64,000 nucleotides of DNA, taken from Clostridia bacterium (lineage in GTDB: Bacteria > Bacillota > Clostridia > TANB77 > CAG-508). This document shows, in pieces, positions 1 through 11,944 of the stretch. Positions within the stretch are counted from its first letter, which is position 1; every line of letters starts with the position of its first letter. Location of the stretch: positions 20,209-84,208 of the forward strand of contig JAFXOY010000124.1 in NCBI GenBank assembly GCA_017528375.1. Direction: 5' to 3'. The notes under the pieces were generated by a model. That model was given only the letters and a program-made list of their open reading frames with translations. It was not told the origin of the DNA and made no database searches. Both the position numbers and the translations under genes were made by a program.

Positions 1-2
1 TT

Positions 3-1043
3 GCATATGATAAACTTATTTAGTTATTGATACGAAGTTTAATTTAGCCTGATTAGGTAATGATTATGGGCGGAACCTATGAGACTCCTGTAACAGAAGG
101 TTTATTGGATTAGGACTTTGTTGAACAGTTAAAATTATCTGGTACGTTTAATTAGGACTCGTTTGATAGATAGTATAGAAGTATCTGGTCTGGTGATGCA
201 GAAAATGCATTTTTCTCATCTGAGAAATTTGATAAGTATAGAATTTTGCGGCAGCCATAGAATGAATATAGCGGGAGAAGTAGTAAAAATGCCTACTATG
301 TTATTGGCGTTGACGTAGGTCGTATAGGATGTACAACCTAGGCCATGGTTTGGAAGGTGACGCCGCAACCACAGGGTGTGGCTATTAAATCTTTAGTTAA
401 TTTATATACATATTAGGCAGAGCATTTTGAACAACAGGCTATCAATATTAAAAAGTTATATTATAAATTTAAAGCGCGTAAGGTTGCTATTGATACCAAT
501 GGTTTAGGTATTGGTTTACTTGATTTTATGGTGAAGGCTCAGTAGACATAGGATGGTGAGTATCTTCCGCCTTTTGGTATTGATAATGATTAGGAGGGTG
601 TTTATAAAAAATATTTTAAGGGCATAAATGATTTATAGAAAGATGCAATTTTTCAAATAAAAGCAAATGCTCCAATTAATACTTAGGCTTATTCCTATGC
701 TCAAACGCAAATGTCACGTGGTAAAATTAAATTTTTAATTGATTAGGGATAGGCTAAAGCAAAAATGATGGAAACAAAAACAGGGCAAAATATGTCAATA
801 GACCAAAGAAATGATTATTTAAGACCTTTTATTTTAACTACCATTCTTAGATAGCAAATGTTAAATCTTGTCTAGGATAATTAGGGTGTCAATATTATTT
901 TAAAACAAGATAGTCGAAGTATTAAAAAGGATAAATTTTCTGCTTTTGTTTATGGATTATATTTTATTAAACAAGAAGAATAGCGAATGAGAAGCAGGAA
1001 AAAGAGAGATATAAGTAAATTTTCATTTTTTACTGCTCAATAA
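3..1043 (+). CDS. terL: Terminase large subunit, C-terminal nuclease half (5' end outside window); needs TAG read as sense
   Basis: The frame is open from the window edge to TAA 1041-1043, with 20 in-frame TAG and no TAA/TGA (manual read). Motifs VIGVDVGR, KVAIDTNGLGIGLLD and KDKFSAFVYGLY resemble the terminase RNaseH-like nuclease. It lies directly upstream of the portal gene. Confidence 0.7.
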
Positions 1044-1116
1044 GGACAAAATAGTGTTAATTAAAAAAAATAGAAATTAAAGAAGAATAGAAATTAAAAA
1101 AGAGAAGAGGTATTTT

Positions 1117-1476
1117 ATGAGAAGTTCAAGGGCTTAGATAAAAATAGAATAGATATTAAGCAATGCGAATTTTAACTTCACAGAAGAATATAGTTTCCCT
1201 GATTTAATTGGACAAGGTGGACATGCTTTACGTTTTGATTTTGCTGTTTTTGATGATAATAATGATTTGTGGTTTTTGATTTAGTATCAAGGTATTCAAC
1301 ATTATAAACCAAAATCAGTCTTTGGTGGAATGTCTGGATTAAAGAAACAGCAATATTATGACATGTTAAAGCGTGAGTATTGTAAAAAACATGATATTAA
1401 ATTAATATTAATTCCCTATTGGGATTAGGCTCGTATTAATTACGATTATATTATGAATTTAGTAGATGTTTTTTAA
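1117..1476 (+). CDS. Stand-alone Vsr/PD-(D/E)XK-like nuclease-domain protein between terminase and portal (possible homing-endonuclease relic)
   Basis: ATG 1117 follows GAGG and the ORF ends at TAA 1474-1476, with 4 in-frame TAG. RFDFAVF..LI*YQGIQHY..KHDIKLILIPY aligns with the C-terminal domains of the ORFs at 32796-33623 and 44156-45127. Confidence 0.55.
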
Positions 1477-1494
1477 TACAATTGAAAGGTTTAG

Positions 1495-3144
1495 GTGGTC
1501 TTATTGATAGATAGAAAAGCTGAAATTAAGAAAAAGGGTTTTAAAATAACTCTTGCAAACGATATTAGCGAAGAATATACTCCAACAGACTTTTCAAAGA
1601 TAAAAATTGGTATCAAAACATTAGATGACGCAGTACTATCATTAGGAGAATTTAAGCGTTTAAACCCAAATTTAGGAGATAAAAAAGAAGTATTAAGAGC
1701 AATAACTTTTGGTGATATTAATAAAATGAGAGATATTTCCAACTTCTTTTATAAAACAAGCGGTATTTATGCAAGACTCTGTAGATATATGGCTTATTTG
1801 TATAAATATGACTGGTTTATTACTCCTTATATTGGTTATTGTGAAGGTTTAATTTAGAGCGATTCAGGATTTGGAAATCAAGATACTTAGGGTTAGAAAA
1901 AATAGCGGAAAAAACAGTTTTTAAATTTTTTTAAAGTGTTAAAATATTGTGAGTCTTTTTAGATTAAAAAGTTTTGCGGCTAGGTTGCCTTAAAAGTTAT
2001 TAGACATGGATGCTATTATGGATATTTAATTCCTGGTACAAATAGAATTAATGTTCAAGAGTTAGATCCTGCGTATTGTAGATCCAGGTTTAAAGTAAAT
2101 AATAGAGCCGTAGTTGAATTTAACATGAGATATTTTGACGATAAATTTAAAGATGATGGTTTAAGGTCTAAAATTCTTAATTTATTTCCAAAAGATTTTA
2201 AAAATGGATATAGATTATATAAGCAAGGGAAATTGCCTCCAATGTTTTCTGGTGATTCCCAAGGGTGGTATGTATTAGATCCAAGGGCGGCTGTTAAATT
2301 TAATATTAACGAGTAGGATTTTCCAGCATTTATTTCAGTTATTCCTGCCATTATAGACTTAGACGCTGCTCAAGACCTGGATCGTAAGAAAATGGCTCAA
2401 AGACTTTTAAAAATTATTATTCAAAAAATGCCATTAGATAAAAATGGTTAGTTAATATTTGATGTAGATGAAGCACAATAGTTACATAATAATGCTGTTA
2501 AAATGTTGAGCAGAGCAATAGGTGTTGATGTATTAACAACATTCGCGGACGTTGATGTCGCTGATATGTCAGACAGAGGTACAACAACAACTGTTGATGA
2601 ACTTGAAAAAGTAGAAAGAACAGTATATAATTAGGCTGGTGTATCTCAATTACAATTTAACAGTGATGGAAATATTGCTTTGACAAATTCTATATTAAAT
2701 GACTAGGCATCTATGTACAATTTATTGGTGCAATTTGAATCATTTTTAAATTTATTATTAGAACCATTTAATAAATCTCCTAAAAAATGTTGGTATCAAG
2801 CACAACTTTTAACAACAACAATATATAATTATAAAGATATGGCTAAATTATATGAGGGGCAAGCAAAAATGGGTTATTCTAAGATGCTTCCTCAAGTTGC
2901 TTTGGGTCAAACACAAAGCTCTATTTTAGCAAATGCATATTTTGAGAATGATATATTAGATCTTGTGCGCGTGTTCGTTCCACCTCTTACCTCTAATACG
3001 ATGAATGCGGAAGCCCTTCAGAATCGCGGCAGCACCAGTGGAAAACCTCTTAATCCTGGGTCAGATGACAAGTAGGCCGGCCGCCCTGAAAAGGAAGATA
3101 GTTAGAAGAGTGAGAAGACAATAGCGAATAAGGAAAGTATGTAA
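1495..3144 (+). CDS. Portal protein (TAG read as sense)
   Basis: The track ORFs 1495-1857, 2125-2316 and 2713-3075 are all in frame 1 and are separated only by TAG (13 in total). The ORF ends at TAA 3142-3144. At about 549 aa it sits between terminase and scaffold. The GTG 1495 start is uncertain. Confidence 0.65.
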
Positions 3145-3155
3145 AGGAGGAGAAT

Positions 3156-4481
3156 ATGAGTTTAGCGCATCAAAGTATTGCTACGATTAATTCTCCAGAG
3201 TTTGTTAATTTACAACCAATGGATATCAATCCCTTGATGTCCTCTTGTTAGATTAAAGTATTATATCTTGGAGAAAATCGTAATAGAAGCTATATTTCTA
3301 AATAGGTAGCTATGGAGATGGCAAAAACACTTCGTGGCGCTCCTATTGTTGGATATTACAAAAAAGATAAGCAGGATTTTGCAGATCATGGTGAACAAAT
3401 GATTTGGGACGATGAAGGCATTCATTTTAATACATTAACAAAACCCTATGGATTTGTTGCACCAGATGCAAAGGTTTGGTTTAAAGATTTCGAAGATTTT
3501 GATGATTTTGGAAATTCTGTTATTAGAACTTATTTAATGACTACTGGTTATTTATGGACTGGTCAATTTGAATAGGCTCAATCTGTTATTGATTCTGGAA
3601 AACCCCATTCTATGGAACTTGATGAAAAAAGTTTGCAAGGACATTGGGCAAACAATATTAAAGAAGATATGGAATTTTTTATTATCAATGACGCAATATT
3701 TTCTAAATTATGTATTTTAGGTGATGATGTAGAACCTTGTTTTGAAGGATCAGCTGTGACTGCTCCTCAAGTAAGTGCATCATTTACTTTAGACAAGTAG
3801 TTTAAGCATACTTTATTTAAGATGATGGAAGAATTAAAAGATGCTTTAGAAGGAGGCAATATAGTGGCTGATATGAAAGATAAGGCTCCTGATACTTTTG
3901 TTGAAGAAGTAGAGCAGACTGAACAAGAAGTAACTACTGAATTCACGGAAGAAGTTTAGGACAATAAAGATGAATCTTCATTAGATGAAAGTGATGCTAT
4001 TGTAGAAGATGCTGAATCTACATTTTAGGCTTAGGAAGCTGAGAACGTTTTTGAAGAGTCTGAGCCAGAAGCATCTGAAGAAAATGAAGAACTTAATGAA
4101 AAGTATACAGCTCTTCAAAAAGAGTATGATGATTTGCAATCTAACTTCGCTTCTTTACAAGAGTAGGTTGTTGAGTTAAGGGCTTTTAGGGAGGCTGTTG
4201 AAGACAAGCAGAAAGATGATTTGATTAATCAATTTTATATGTTATCTGATGAAGATAAAAGAGATGTCATAGCGAATAAGGCTGATTATACTCTTGAAGA
4301 GATTAAATCAAAGCTTGCTGTAATTTGTTTTGAAAAGAAGGTCAATTTTAATTTAGAAGACTCTTCAAAAAATGAAGAAGAGAAGGAAGAAAGTGTTTTC
4401 ACTTTTGATGTTGACCATAAGGAAGATTCAACGCCAGATTGGATTAAGGCGGTTGAGTCTACGATGAATAGTAGATTTTAA
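3156..4481 (+). CDS. Scaffolding-like protein (globular N-terminal half plus acidic coiled-coil C-terminal half)
   Basis: ATG 3156 follows AGGAGG. Track ORFs 3312-3575, 3612-3800 and 4221-4481 share one frame and are joined by TAG (about 8). The Glu/Asp-rich heptad-like region and the position before the capsid genes support the call. Confidence 0.45.
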
Positions 4482-4496
4482 TAGGAGGATTGTTAA

Positions 4497-5078
4497 ATGG
4501 CTATAAAGAGAAAAGGTTATGGACAAGTTGAACCTAATCATTTATCTGCACAGCACAATGGACAGATTTATGCTCAACTGCCTGCACAGAAAACAACTAC
4601 CACTGGTACAGGAACATCCGCTACTACTACAGTTACAAAAGTCGCGCAGTTGGAAAATGGGCAGTTTTTAAAATATAACTATGCTGCTGGAGAATGCACT
4701 ACAACAGGCGATATTGAGTGGATGCTTGTTTATAACGAAGAAAAATTATATGATGAAAGACGTCAAGCACATAAGGATTTTGCTATGCTTGCTTCTGATA
4801 TGTGCGATGGCACAATTTATCCACGTTTATTTAAAACAAATGTTGGTGATATTTTTACTACCAATACTTTTAGAACTTCTGGAGATGCTACTGTGGCGGG
4901 TCCAGATGCAGAAATTAATATGCCTGACGTAACAGTTGGTGATTATTTTATTATTGATAATGATGGTTGGTTAAAAAATAATACTACTACCAAGGGTGCC
5001 GGAATGGCTTGGCAGGCAGTTAAAGTTTATACAATGCCTGATGGACAGCCTGGCGTAAAGCTTCAGAGAGTACAATAA
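4497..5078 (+). CDS. Abundant head-associated protein (decoration or auxiliary capsid protein?), TAG-free
   Basis: Intact 193-aa ORF with an AGGAGG RBS, immediately upstream of the major capsid gene. It has no TAG and its Gln codons are mostly CAG. Confidence 0.5.
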   Translation: MAIKRKGYGQVEPNHLSAQHNGQIYAQLPAQKTTTTGTGTSATTTVTKVAQLENGQFLKYNYAAGECTTTGDIEWMLVYNEEKLYDERRQAHKDFAMLASDMCDGTIYPRLFKTNVGDIFTTNTFRTSGDATVAGPDAEINMPDVTVGDYFIIDNDGWLKNNTTTKGAGMAWQAVKVYTMPDGQPGVKLQRVQ

Positions 5079-5097
5079 TTAAAAGGAGGATAAGATA

Positions 5098-6180
5098 ATG
5101 GCTTTAGATAGAACACAATTAATGGCATTAGCTAAGGCTACTGCGAAAGCTTCATTAAATCCTTCTACAGCTTTTGCTTTTGGAGATAAAAATTTAACTT
5201 ATGAAGCTTTAAATGAAACATTTAGAAAAGAAATGAACGAACTGGCTGGTACTTATGCCCAGTATCGTGAGAACAAAAATTTAATTTTCAGCTTAATTGA
5301 AGTTGGTTTGGATGAAGTTCTTCCTGCAAAGGTTCTTCAGAACTATGGTCAGTTTGCTGATGTTAAGACCTATGCACAGGGCGATAAGCCTGTTTTCCGT
5401 GTAAGAATATCCGAAGCATCTAAGAAACGTGCTAAAGGGTTCGTTACAAGGGTTGGTCTTGCTGGTAGATATGAAGTATTCAAACTTGATGGATATACAC
5501 TGGAAGTTCCTACAAGTGCTTACGGCGGAGCTGCTCAAATTGGCTTTGAAGAGTTCCTTGATGGACGTATCACTATGAGTGACGTATATGACCTGGTTCT
5601 TGAAGGTCTTGATGAAGTTGTTTATAAAGAAATCGCTAAGGCTTTAGTTGCTATGGCGGACACTACAATTTCTACTGCTTATAATAAATCCAGTGCAGCT
5701 GGTTTTGATGAGGCAGCTTTTGATAGACTGGTTGCTACGGCAGACGCTTATGGTAAGAGTACAATTTATTGTACTTATGAGTTTGCTGCTCAAATTGCTC
5801 CTGGTACTGCTGGAAGCATTAACTGGAGTGCAGTTTCTGATAGAATGAAAGATGACAGATGGAATAATGGGTATTTTACTCTTTATAAAGGACACTCTGT
5901 AATCGTTCTTCCTCAGAGCTTTGAAGACACTGACAATTATCAGAAAGTAATCGATCCTAGATATGCTTGGATTATTCCTACTGGTGCTGAAAAACCTGTA
6001 AAGATTGCTTTTGAAGGTGCGGCAGCGGTTAAAGAACATGAAAATGATGACTGGTCAAGAGAAATTGAGACCTACAAGAAATTTGGTGTCGCTGTTTACA
6101 ATAAGATGATTAATCCTGGTATTTGTGTATATAAGAATACTGCACTTAGTATCTATAATACAGAAGGTACTTGGTCTTAA
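5098..6180 (+). CDS. Major capsid protein, TAG-free
   Basis: Intact 360-aa ORF with an AGGAGG RBS, followed by a strong terminator. The position and size fit an HK97-fold capsid protein. Its codon usage is GC3-richer than that of its neighbours. Confidence 0.7.
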   Translation: MALDRTQLMALAKATAKASLNPSTAFAFGDKNLTYEALNETFRKEMNELAGTYAQYRENKNLIFSLIEVGLDEVLPAKVLQNYGQFADVKTYAQGDKPVFRVRISEASKKRAKGFVTRVGLAGRYEVFKLDGYTLEVPTSAYGGAAQIGFEEFLDGRITMSDVYDLVLEGLDEVVYKEIAKALVAMADTTISTAYNKSSAAGFDEAAFDRLVATADAYGKSTIYCTYEFAAQIAPGTAGSINWSAVSDRMKDDRWNNGYFTLYKGHSVIVLPQSFEDTDNYQKVIDPRYAWIIPTGAEKPVKIAFEGAAAVKEHENDDWSREIETYKKFGVAVYNKMINPGICVYKNTALSIYNTEGTWS

Positions 6181-6197
6181 TTTTAAAAAATTTAATA

Positions 6198-6226
6198 GGG
6201 GAAGGCTTTGTACCTTCCCCTTTTTA
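6198..6226 (+). terminator. Rho-independent terminator after the capsid gene
   Basis: GGGGAAGG (6198-6205), a 7-nt loop and CCTTCCCC (6213-6220), followed by TTTTT. Confidence 0.8.
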
Positions 6227-6255
6227 TTGGTATGGAGATAAAAGGAGAAGAAATT

Positions 6256-6807
6256 ATGGAAAAAAATACACCTGTGAAGGTATTAAATAGAGATAATGGG
6301 GCGGTAGTTTATTCTATCCCTGAAATGAATGGATTAAGAAGAGTTTTTCAAGCGGGAGAAACTAAAGAGGTAACATTTGAAGAGTTACAAAAATTATCTT
6401 ATATTCCTGGCGGTAATGAATTATTAAGAGAGAATCTTGTTATTATAGATCAACCAAAAGCAATAGAAGAGTTGCTTGGTAGAGTTGAACCGGAATATAG
6501 TTATACAAAGACAGATGTTATTAAATTATTAAAATAGGGTTCTTTAGATGAATTTCTTGATTGTTTAGATTTTGCTCCAGATGGAGTAAAAGAATTAATT
6601 AAAACATTGGCAGTTGAATTACCTTTAAATGACGTTGCTAAAAGAGAAGCTATTTTTAATAAATTAGGATTTAATGTAGATGCGGCTATAAGAATACAAA
6701 AATAGGCAAATGAAGTTGAGCCTGAGAAGGATCAATCTAAGCCTAGCCGGAGGGTACAGAAAGTCTAGGAAAAACCCGCTAGCACCAGCCGCCGCGTTAT
6801 AAAATAA
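6256..6807 (+). CDS. Hypothetical head-module protein
   Basis: ATG 6256 follows AGGAG. Track ORF 6208-6537 continues in frame through 3 TAG to TAA 6805-6807. Confidence 0.55.
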
Positions 6808-6831
6808 TATTATTGTAAAGAGGGGGATAAA

Positions 6832-7164
6832 ATGTTTTCTATTAAAGACAATGATATTACCCTTATTCGTGGAGATACTTTATTATTATAGATAAAGATA
6901 ATGAAATAGGGTAATCCTTATATTCCAAAAGAAGGAGAATCTATTCGGTTCGCTATGAAAAATAGATATACGGACCCAGATGAGAAAGTGGTTTTAGTAA
7001 AACAAATCCCTATAGACACTCTTGTTTTGGAGCTAGAACCGGAAGACACAAAAAGTCTTCCAATGAAATCTAGGTATGTTTATGATATTCAATTTACTGA
7101 TAACGAAGGTAGAGTAGATACTTTTATAAAAGGAACTTTAACACTTGATGAAGAGGTGTTATGA
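6832..7164 (+). CDS. Hypothetical virion-module protein
   Basis: ATG 6832 follows GGGGG. Two in-frame TAG join it to track ORF 6955-7164, which ends in TGA. Confidence 0.5.
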
Positions 7165-7301
7165 TGGAGCCTATTATAGTAATTGGATAGATAAAAATGT
7201 TCTCTATTCTTGTTGGAACGCTTCAAACATTACCTTTTGTTGAAGAAAATAAATCAGAGCAAAATAAAATAACAGAAGAATACATTAAGGAGGCGGAATA
7301 A
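7161..7301 (+). CDS. Small hypothetical protein (46 aa)
   Basis: Its start overlaps the previous stop as ATGA. It has one in-frame TAG and ends at TAA 7299-7301. Short, so weakly supported. Confidence 0.3.
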
Positions 7302-7302
7302 A

Positions 7303-7845
7303 ATGGCTACGGAATATACTTCTTTTTCTAAGGTGTATGAACTCTTTTTATCAAAAATTACAGATGATATGTATATGGAATTGACTTTAGAAGATACACT
7401 TAAAATTTTAAAATAGCTTCTTATTTCAGCACTTCCTAAATTTGAGTTTCCAAGACAGAGCTTAAAGTATGAGGAAATGAGTTCTTTTTAGTATAGTGAA
7501 GATAGTGATATAGAAACATAGTTTTATTTTTTAAATTAGTTAACAGAAGAAGAAATGAATATAATCGCTACATATATGATAGTAGAATGGATTGGACAAC
7601 AATTAGCTTCAATAGAAAACGTTAGAATGAAATATAGCGGCAGCGATTTTAAATTTACTTCTCAAGCTAATCATATGCAAAAACTTCTTCAAATGAAAAA
7701 GGATTATGAAAGATAGGGTCTTCATCTGCAAAGACTTTATAAAAGAAGGCAAGTTGACGATAATGGTATCTATCGTTCTACTTTTGGTAGCCTTATGGAC
7801 AATCAACCGAGAGGAGGAACTGGAGTATGGGGAAAATGGTTTTAA
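7303..7845 (+). CDS. Head-tail connector/adaptor-like protein
   Basis: ATG 7303 follows AGGAGG. The 180 codons include 5 in-frame TAG and end at TAA 7843-7845. The call rests on position and on a small helical protein with the motif LTEEEMNIIATYMIVEW. Confidence 0.45.
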
Positions 7846-8156
7846 ACTCTGGTGTTGAAATTGAAATATAGGCTATCATCTTTAATATTAAACGTATTAT
7901 TAATCAAGTTTATAAATTACTACCAATGAGAGAAGAAGGTAGAGATTGGGAAAAACCTCTTCAAACAATTATTGAAGAAATATCTGGTATGAAAAGGTTG
8001 ATTGTTGGTCAGGACGACCTTTTCTTTTTAATATTATGTAAGATGGAGGGTCTGTTTAGTTTACATAGACAAGAGGATATGAATATTTATAGACGTACTA
8101 TTTTTGAATGTCTAAGTTTATTAAACAGTTTAAATCAAAATGTTGGAATTAAATAA
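7836..8156 (+). CDS. Hypothetical neck/head-completion protein
   Basis: ATG 7836 is in frame with track ORF 7926-8156 through one TAG. It overlaps the end of the previous gene. Confidence 0.45.
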
Positions 8157-9456
8157 TTTAAAAAAACGACTTGATATTAATAATGACAGTGACAATTATC
8201 AGTTTTTTGATGAAAATGTTACTGGCTTAAATAATATGCAAAGAAGATTACAAGTTCGCGGAGGAACTGACCAATGGACGCGAATGAGAGAAGACAAATT
8301 AAAAGGTTTAAAGAAAGCTTTATTATATTCTTATCAAAGTGCAATTGTACAAAAATACGATGTAAAAAAAGATAGTTTAGCAAATAATATTATTTCTATA
8401 ATTACATTATTACAAGACCAACAAACTTTAAATGAAAGTCAATAGGCGTTGTTGGATGCTTTGGAAGAAGAATATAGTTTTTTATCTGAAGATAGAACCT
8501 CTTTAATTTATATTAATGATTTAAATAATATAGTAGATAGTTTAACTTCTGCTCAACCGTTGTTTAGATGTTTAATAAATCATGACAAATTAAAAGTTGA
8601 TTATTAGGATAAAATAATTTCAATTCCATTTTATGAACCCCCTGTCGGTAATGTTGATCCTATAGAGACACAGTTTCATAATGGGACTGTTTTTAAATGG
8701 GTTCATGGAAATAAAGAAGATTGGACTCCTGACACTTATTGGATTGTTCTTATGCAGTATTCTTAGGAAACGGCATATTTTAGAGCATAGATTAGAAAAG
8801 CAGATGAACAAATAGAAATAATTGTTATTGACAGCTAGGGAAACGAAGAGTCTGTTACTTACAGGGGCTGGATGACAGGTCCAAATGAAACCACTGCAAT
8901 GTGGAATGTAAAAAAAGATTTGGTTTGGAATGATTTAAATTATACTAAGTTGTTATATATAACAAAAGATGAAGATACTTTAGCATTTTTCCAAAGGTTT
9001 GATAGAATTATAATTAATGGAAAACCATGGGAAGTTCAAGCCTATAACGAAAGTTATAGTACAAGTAAAAGTGCGGGAACCGACTCAGGAATTATTAGAG
9101 TGGCTCTAAAAGAGGCTTATACTAGTACTAATCAGTTTATAAACTAGACACTATAGGATTTAGAGGAGGCTTAGGAAAAGCAGGCCCAGTATGATGAAGA
9201 ACATACCGAGCCCCGCATTGATGGTCCTTCTATTGCTAAACCTTATGATGTTTTAACTTTTAAAGCCAAGAATTTTAATTCACAGGAGGAGTGGACTCTT
9301 TATGATTCTCCTCTTGCTAAGATAGCTTAGGTTTCTTAGGATGGCTTAACTGCCACTGTACATGTTATAACGGGACAGTCAAATAAGAATGGATTTTATA
9401 TTAATTATGGAAATAATTAGAGTAGTAAAATTAATATAGTGATAGAATCTTTTTAA
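8140..9456 (+). CDS. Virion structural protein (438 aa)
   Basis: Track ORFs 8140-8445 and 8872-9147 share frame 1. About 11 TAG join them and the ORF ends at TAA 9454-9456. Confidence 0.55.
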
Positions 9457-9474
9457 GATAAAAGGGGGTAAGAT

Positions 9475-10116
9475 ATGAGAGCAGATGTAATTACAACAAA
9501 GCCAATATATTCTTCTTTTTTATCTTGTGACAAGGATATAGAAAAGATATTAAAAACACTATTTGTGTCTAGTAGACCTTATAGTGATAGATTAAAAAGA
9601 TTATTAATTATAAATGAAAAAGATTGTTTAGATATGGACAATGAAAATTATCAAAGGATTATTAATAGTATGTCCCTTGGTGATATGATAAATAAAAATT
9701 ATATAAAGTTTGACCATAAAATTGCAAGAGGAACGCATGAATAGATAAAATCTTATATTATTGTTAATTTTGATAATTTTACGCCAAATATGTTAAATCC
9801 AGCATATTTAGATTATATATTATATTTTGATATAGTTTGTAATCATGATGCTTGGAAATTAAATGATTATCAAATTCGACCAATAGTTATTTGTGGATAT
9901 ATTGATGGCATTTTAAATAGTTTATCCAAGTCAAATACTGTTTTTGAAAAAAATCATAAGCCGCAAATAAAATTAACGGGTCCTGGATATTTTAATTTTA
10001 TAAGATGCGATTACGTTAATTTAAATGAAGATTTTTCTGCATATACATTAAGTTATAAAGGAATGTATTTAAGTTAGGATATACAATTATTAGGTGAAGT
10101 AAATAATGAAAATTAA
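9475..10116 (+). CDS. Virion-module protein (213 aa)
   Basis: ATG 9475 follows GGGGG. Track ORFs 9475-9744 and 9790-10077 are joined in frame by TAG, ending at TAA 10114-10116. Confidence 0.55.
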
Positions 10117-10864
10117 TAGATTATTATTAATGTCAAAAAATGACATTCCTTTTGAATAGGCTCAACTTATTATTCACAATCCAACATTAAAAGAAATAGC
10201 TATAATAGGAGAAGATGTTTTTTTTATGGGATGTGAATATTTGAATTTTTCTAAACAATTTTTAAAAGAATAGGACAAAAATCGTTTAAAAGATTTTACT
10301 GATTTTGAAATATTAATGACAATAATGAAAAACAATGATATTGTAATAAAGCAGGGAAAAGAAGCCATAGAAATGGTTTTAGCGTTATTGTTTCCTGAAT
10401 ATCAAATAAGTTTTTTACCTATGAGCATTATGCTATCAAAAGATTCTGAAAGGTTTCTTATTGATAAGGAAAATTTTGAAAATTTTAGAAATATTGTGTC
10501 ACAAATGTTTTGTTTAAATAAGACAAAATCTGGTGCTCATAAATATAATCCTGGTGGGGTTCAAGCCATGGAGCTGGTAAAAAAATTTTAGGAGCGAGAT
10601 AAAAAACTTGCTAAATTAAAAAGACAAGGAAAATAGGATGAAGGCATCACTATATTTTCACAATATATTTCTATTTTATCCGTTGGTTTAAAAAAGGATA
10701 TAAATGATTTATTACAATACACTGTTTATCAATTATTTGAATAGCTTCAGCGTTTTAAGGCAAAATAGAATTTTGATATATACGTTCAAGCTAAAATGGC
10801 TGGGGCTAAAGATATACAAGATGTCGATAATTGGATGAGTGATATTCACTCAGATACTTTATAA
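10106..10864 (+). CDS. Virion-module protein (252 aa)
   Basis: ATG 10106 is in frame with track ORF 10316-10591. There are 6 in-frame TAG and the ORF ends at TAA 10862-10864. Confidence 0.5.
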
Positions 10865-10878
10865 GGAGGATTTTTTAT

Positions 10879-11874
10879 ATGAAATTCGGTATACGTGAAT
10901 GCGCGAATATTGTTTTCCGTGCAAAACAAGAAACCACAATTGGAACAAATACATTCCATGTAGGTCAGCCGGTTCTTTATATTGATACAGCAACAACCTC
11001 TTCGATGGAGCAAGCTTCTGCAACTGTCTATGCACAGGGCGGACGTGGTAATGCTCGTTTAATTGCTTGGGAAGGTGACAAGACACTTACATTTACGGTA
11101 ACAGATGCTCTTATTTCTCCTGTGTCCTTAAGTATGTTAACTGGTGCTGGTCTTGTAAAAGAGAGCGGTAAAATGGTTCATGTTCATGCTACAAGTGCAG
11201 CTGTAATGGAAGTTAGCGGAAGTACTGGTACTATTGATTTAACAGATGCTCTTGCATCGTTTGGTGATATTACTTCTACTACTGCTCCTGTTACAATTGA
11301 TGCTGGTTCAGATGCTCCTCTGTTTATTATTAAAACAGAAGATGACGGTTCTATCACTGGTGATATTGTAACTTCTACTTCAGATATTACTTATTCTGCT
11401 GGTAAGTTAACTATTACTTCTCCAAAATGGAATAATACTACAAGTATTACAGCTTCTGTTAACGTATTAGTTGATTATTATGTAATTAAGAAGAGCGAAA
11501 CCGTATCTGAAATTCAGTTAACTGCAACTGATTTTGCTGGATATTATTATGTAGAAGCTGATACATTATTTAGATCTCAGTCTACTGGTATTGATATGCC
11601 TGCTAACTTAACATTCCCGAACGTTAAGGTGCAGTCTGGATTTACAATTACAATGGCTGGTACTGGTGATCCTTCAACATTTGACTTCACGATGGATGCA
11701 TTCCCTGGATATACATATTTCGATAAGACGAAACAAGTTCTTTGCGTAATCCAGGTTGTTGAAGATAGTTTATCTGCTACTGCTACTTCTGGTAGTGTTA
11801 TGCTTCAGAATAGTGCTCTTGAACATAGAGATCCGTTAGCACAGGATTCTGATATGTCTGAGCCAGCTGGCTAA
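10879..11874 (+). CDS. Major tail (tube) protein, TAG-free
   Basis: Intact 331-aa ORF with an AGGAGG RBS and a terminator downstream. It lies upstream of the chaperone-position genes and the tape measure. It is Thr/Ser-rich with an Ig-like C-terminal flavour. Confidence 0.6.
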   Translation: MKFGIRECANIVFRAKQETTIGTNTFHVGQPVLYIDTATTSSMEQASATVYAQGGRGNARLIAWEGDKTLTFTVTDALISPVSLSMLTGAGLVKESGKMVHVHATSAAVMEVSGSTGTIDLTDALASFGDITSTTAPVTIDAGSDAPLFIIKTEDDGSITGDIVTSTSDITYSAGKLTITSPKWNNTTSITASVNVLVDYYVIKKSETVSEIQLTATDFAGYYYVEADTLFRSQSTGIDMPANLTFPNVKVQSGFTITMAGTGDPSTFDFTMDAFPGYTYFDKTKQVLCVIQVVEDSLSATATSGSVMLQNSALEHRDPLAQDSDMSEPAG

Positions 11875-11890
11875 TTAATTTAAATTAAAA

Positions 11891-11927
11891 ATGGGAAGGA
11901 GGCTTTAGCTTCTTTCCCATTTTTTTG
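11891..11927 (+). terminator. Rho-independent terminator after the major tail gene
   Basis: ATGGGAAGGAGGC / GCTTCTTTCCCAT stem (two G-U pairs), TTTA loop, then TTTTTT. Confidence 0.75.
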
Positions 11928-11944
11928 TTAGGTGGTGATATTAA

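Noticed and set aside
1069-1098. Direct repeat AATAGAAATTAAA x2 in the terminase-to-nuclease intergenic region.
   Set aside because: It is a short A/T-rich repeat in AT-rich DNA, so it is not statistically compelling.
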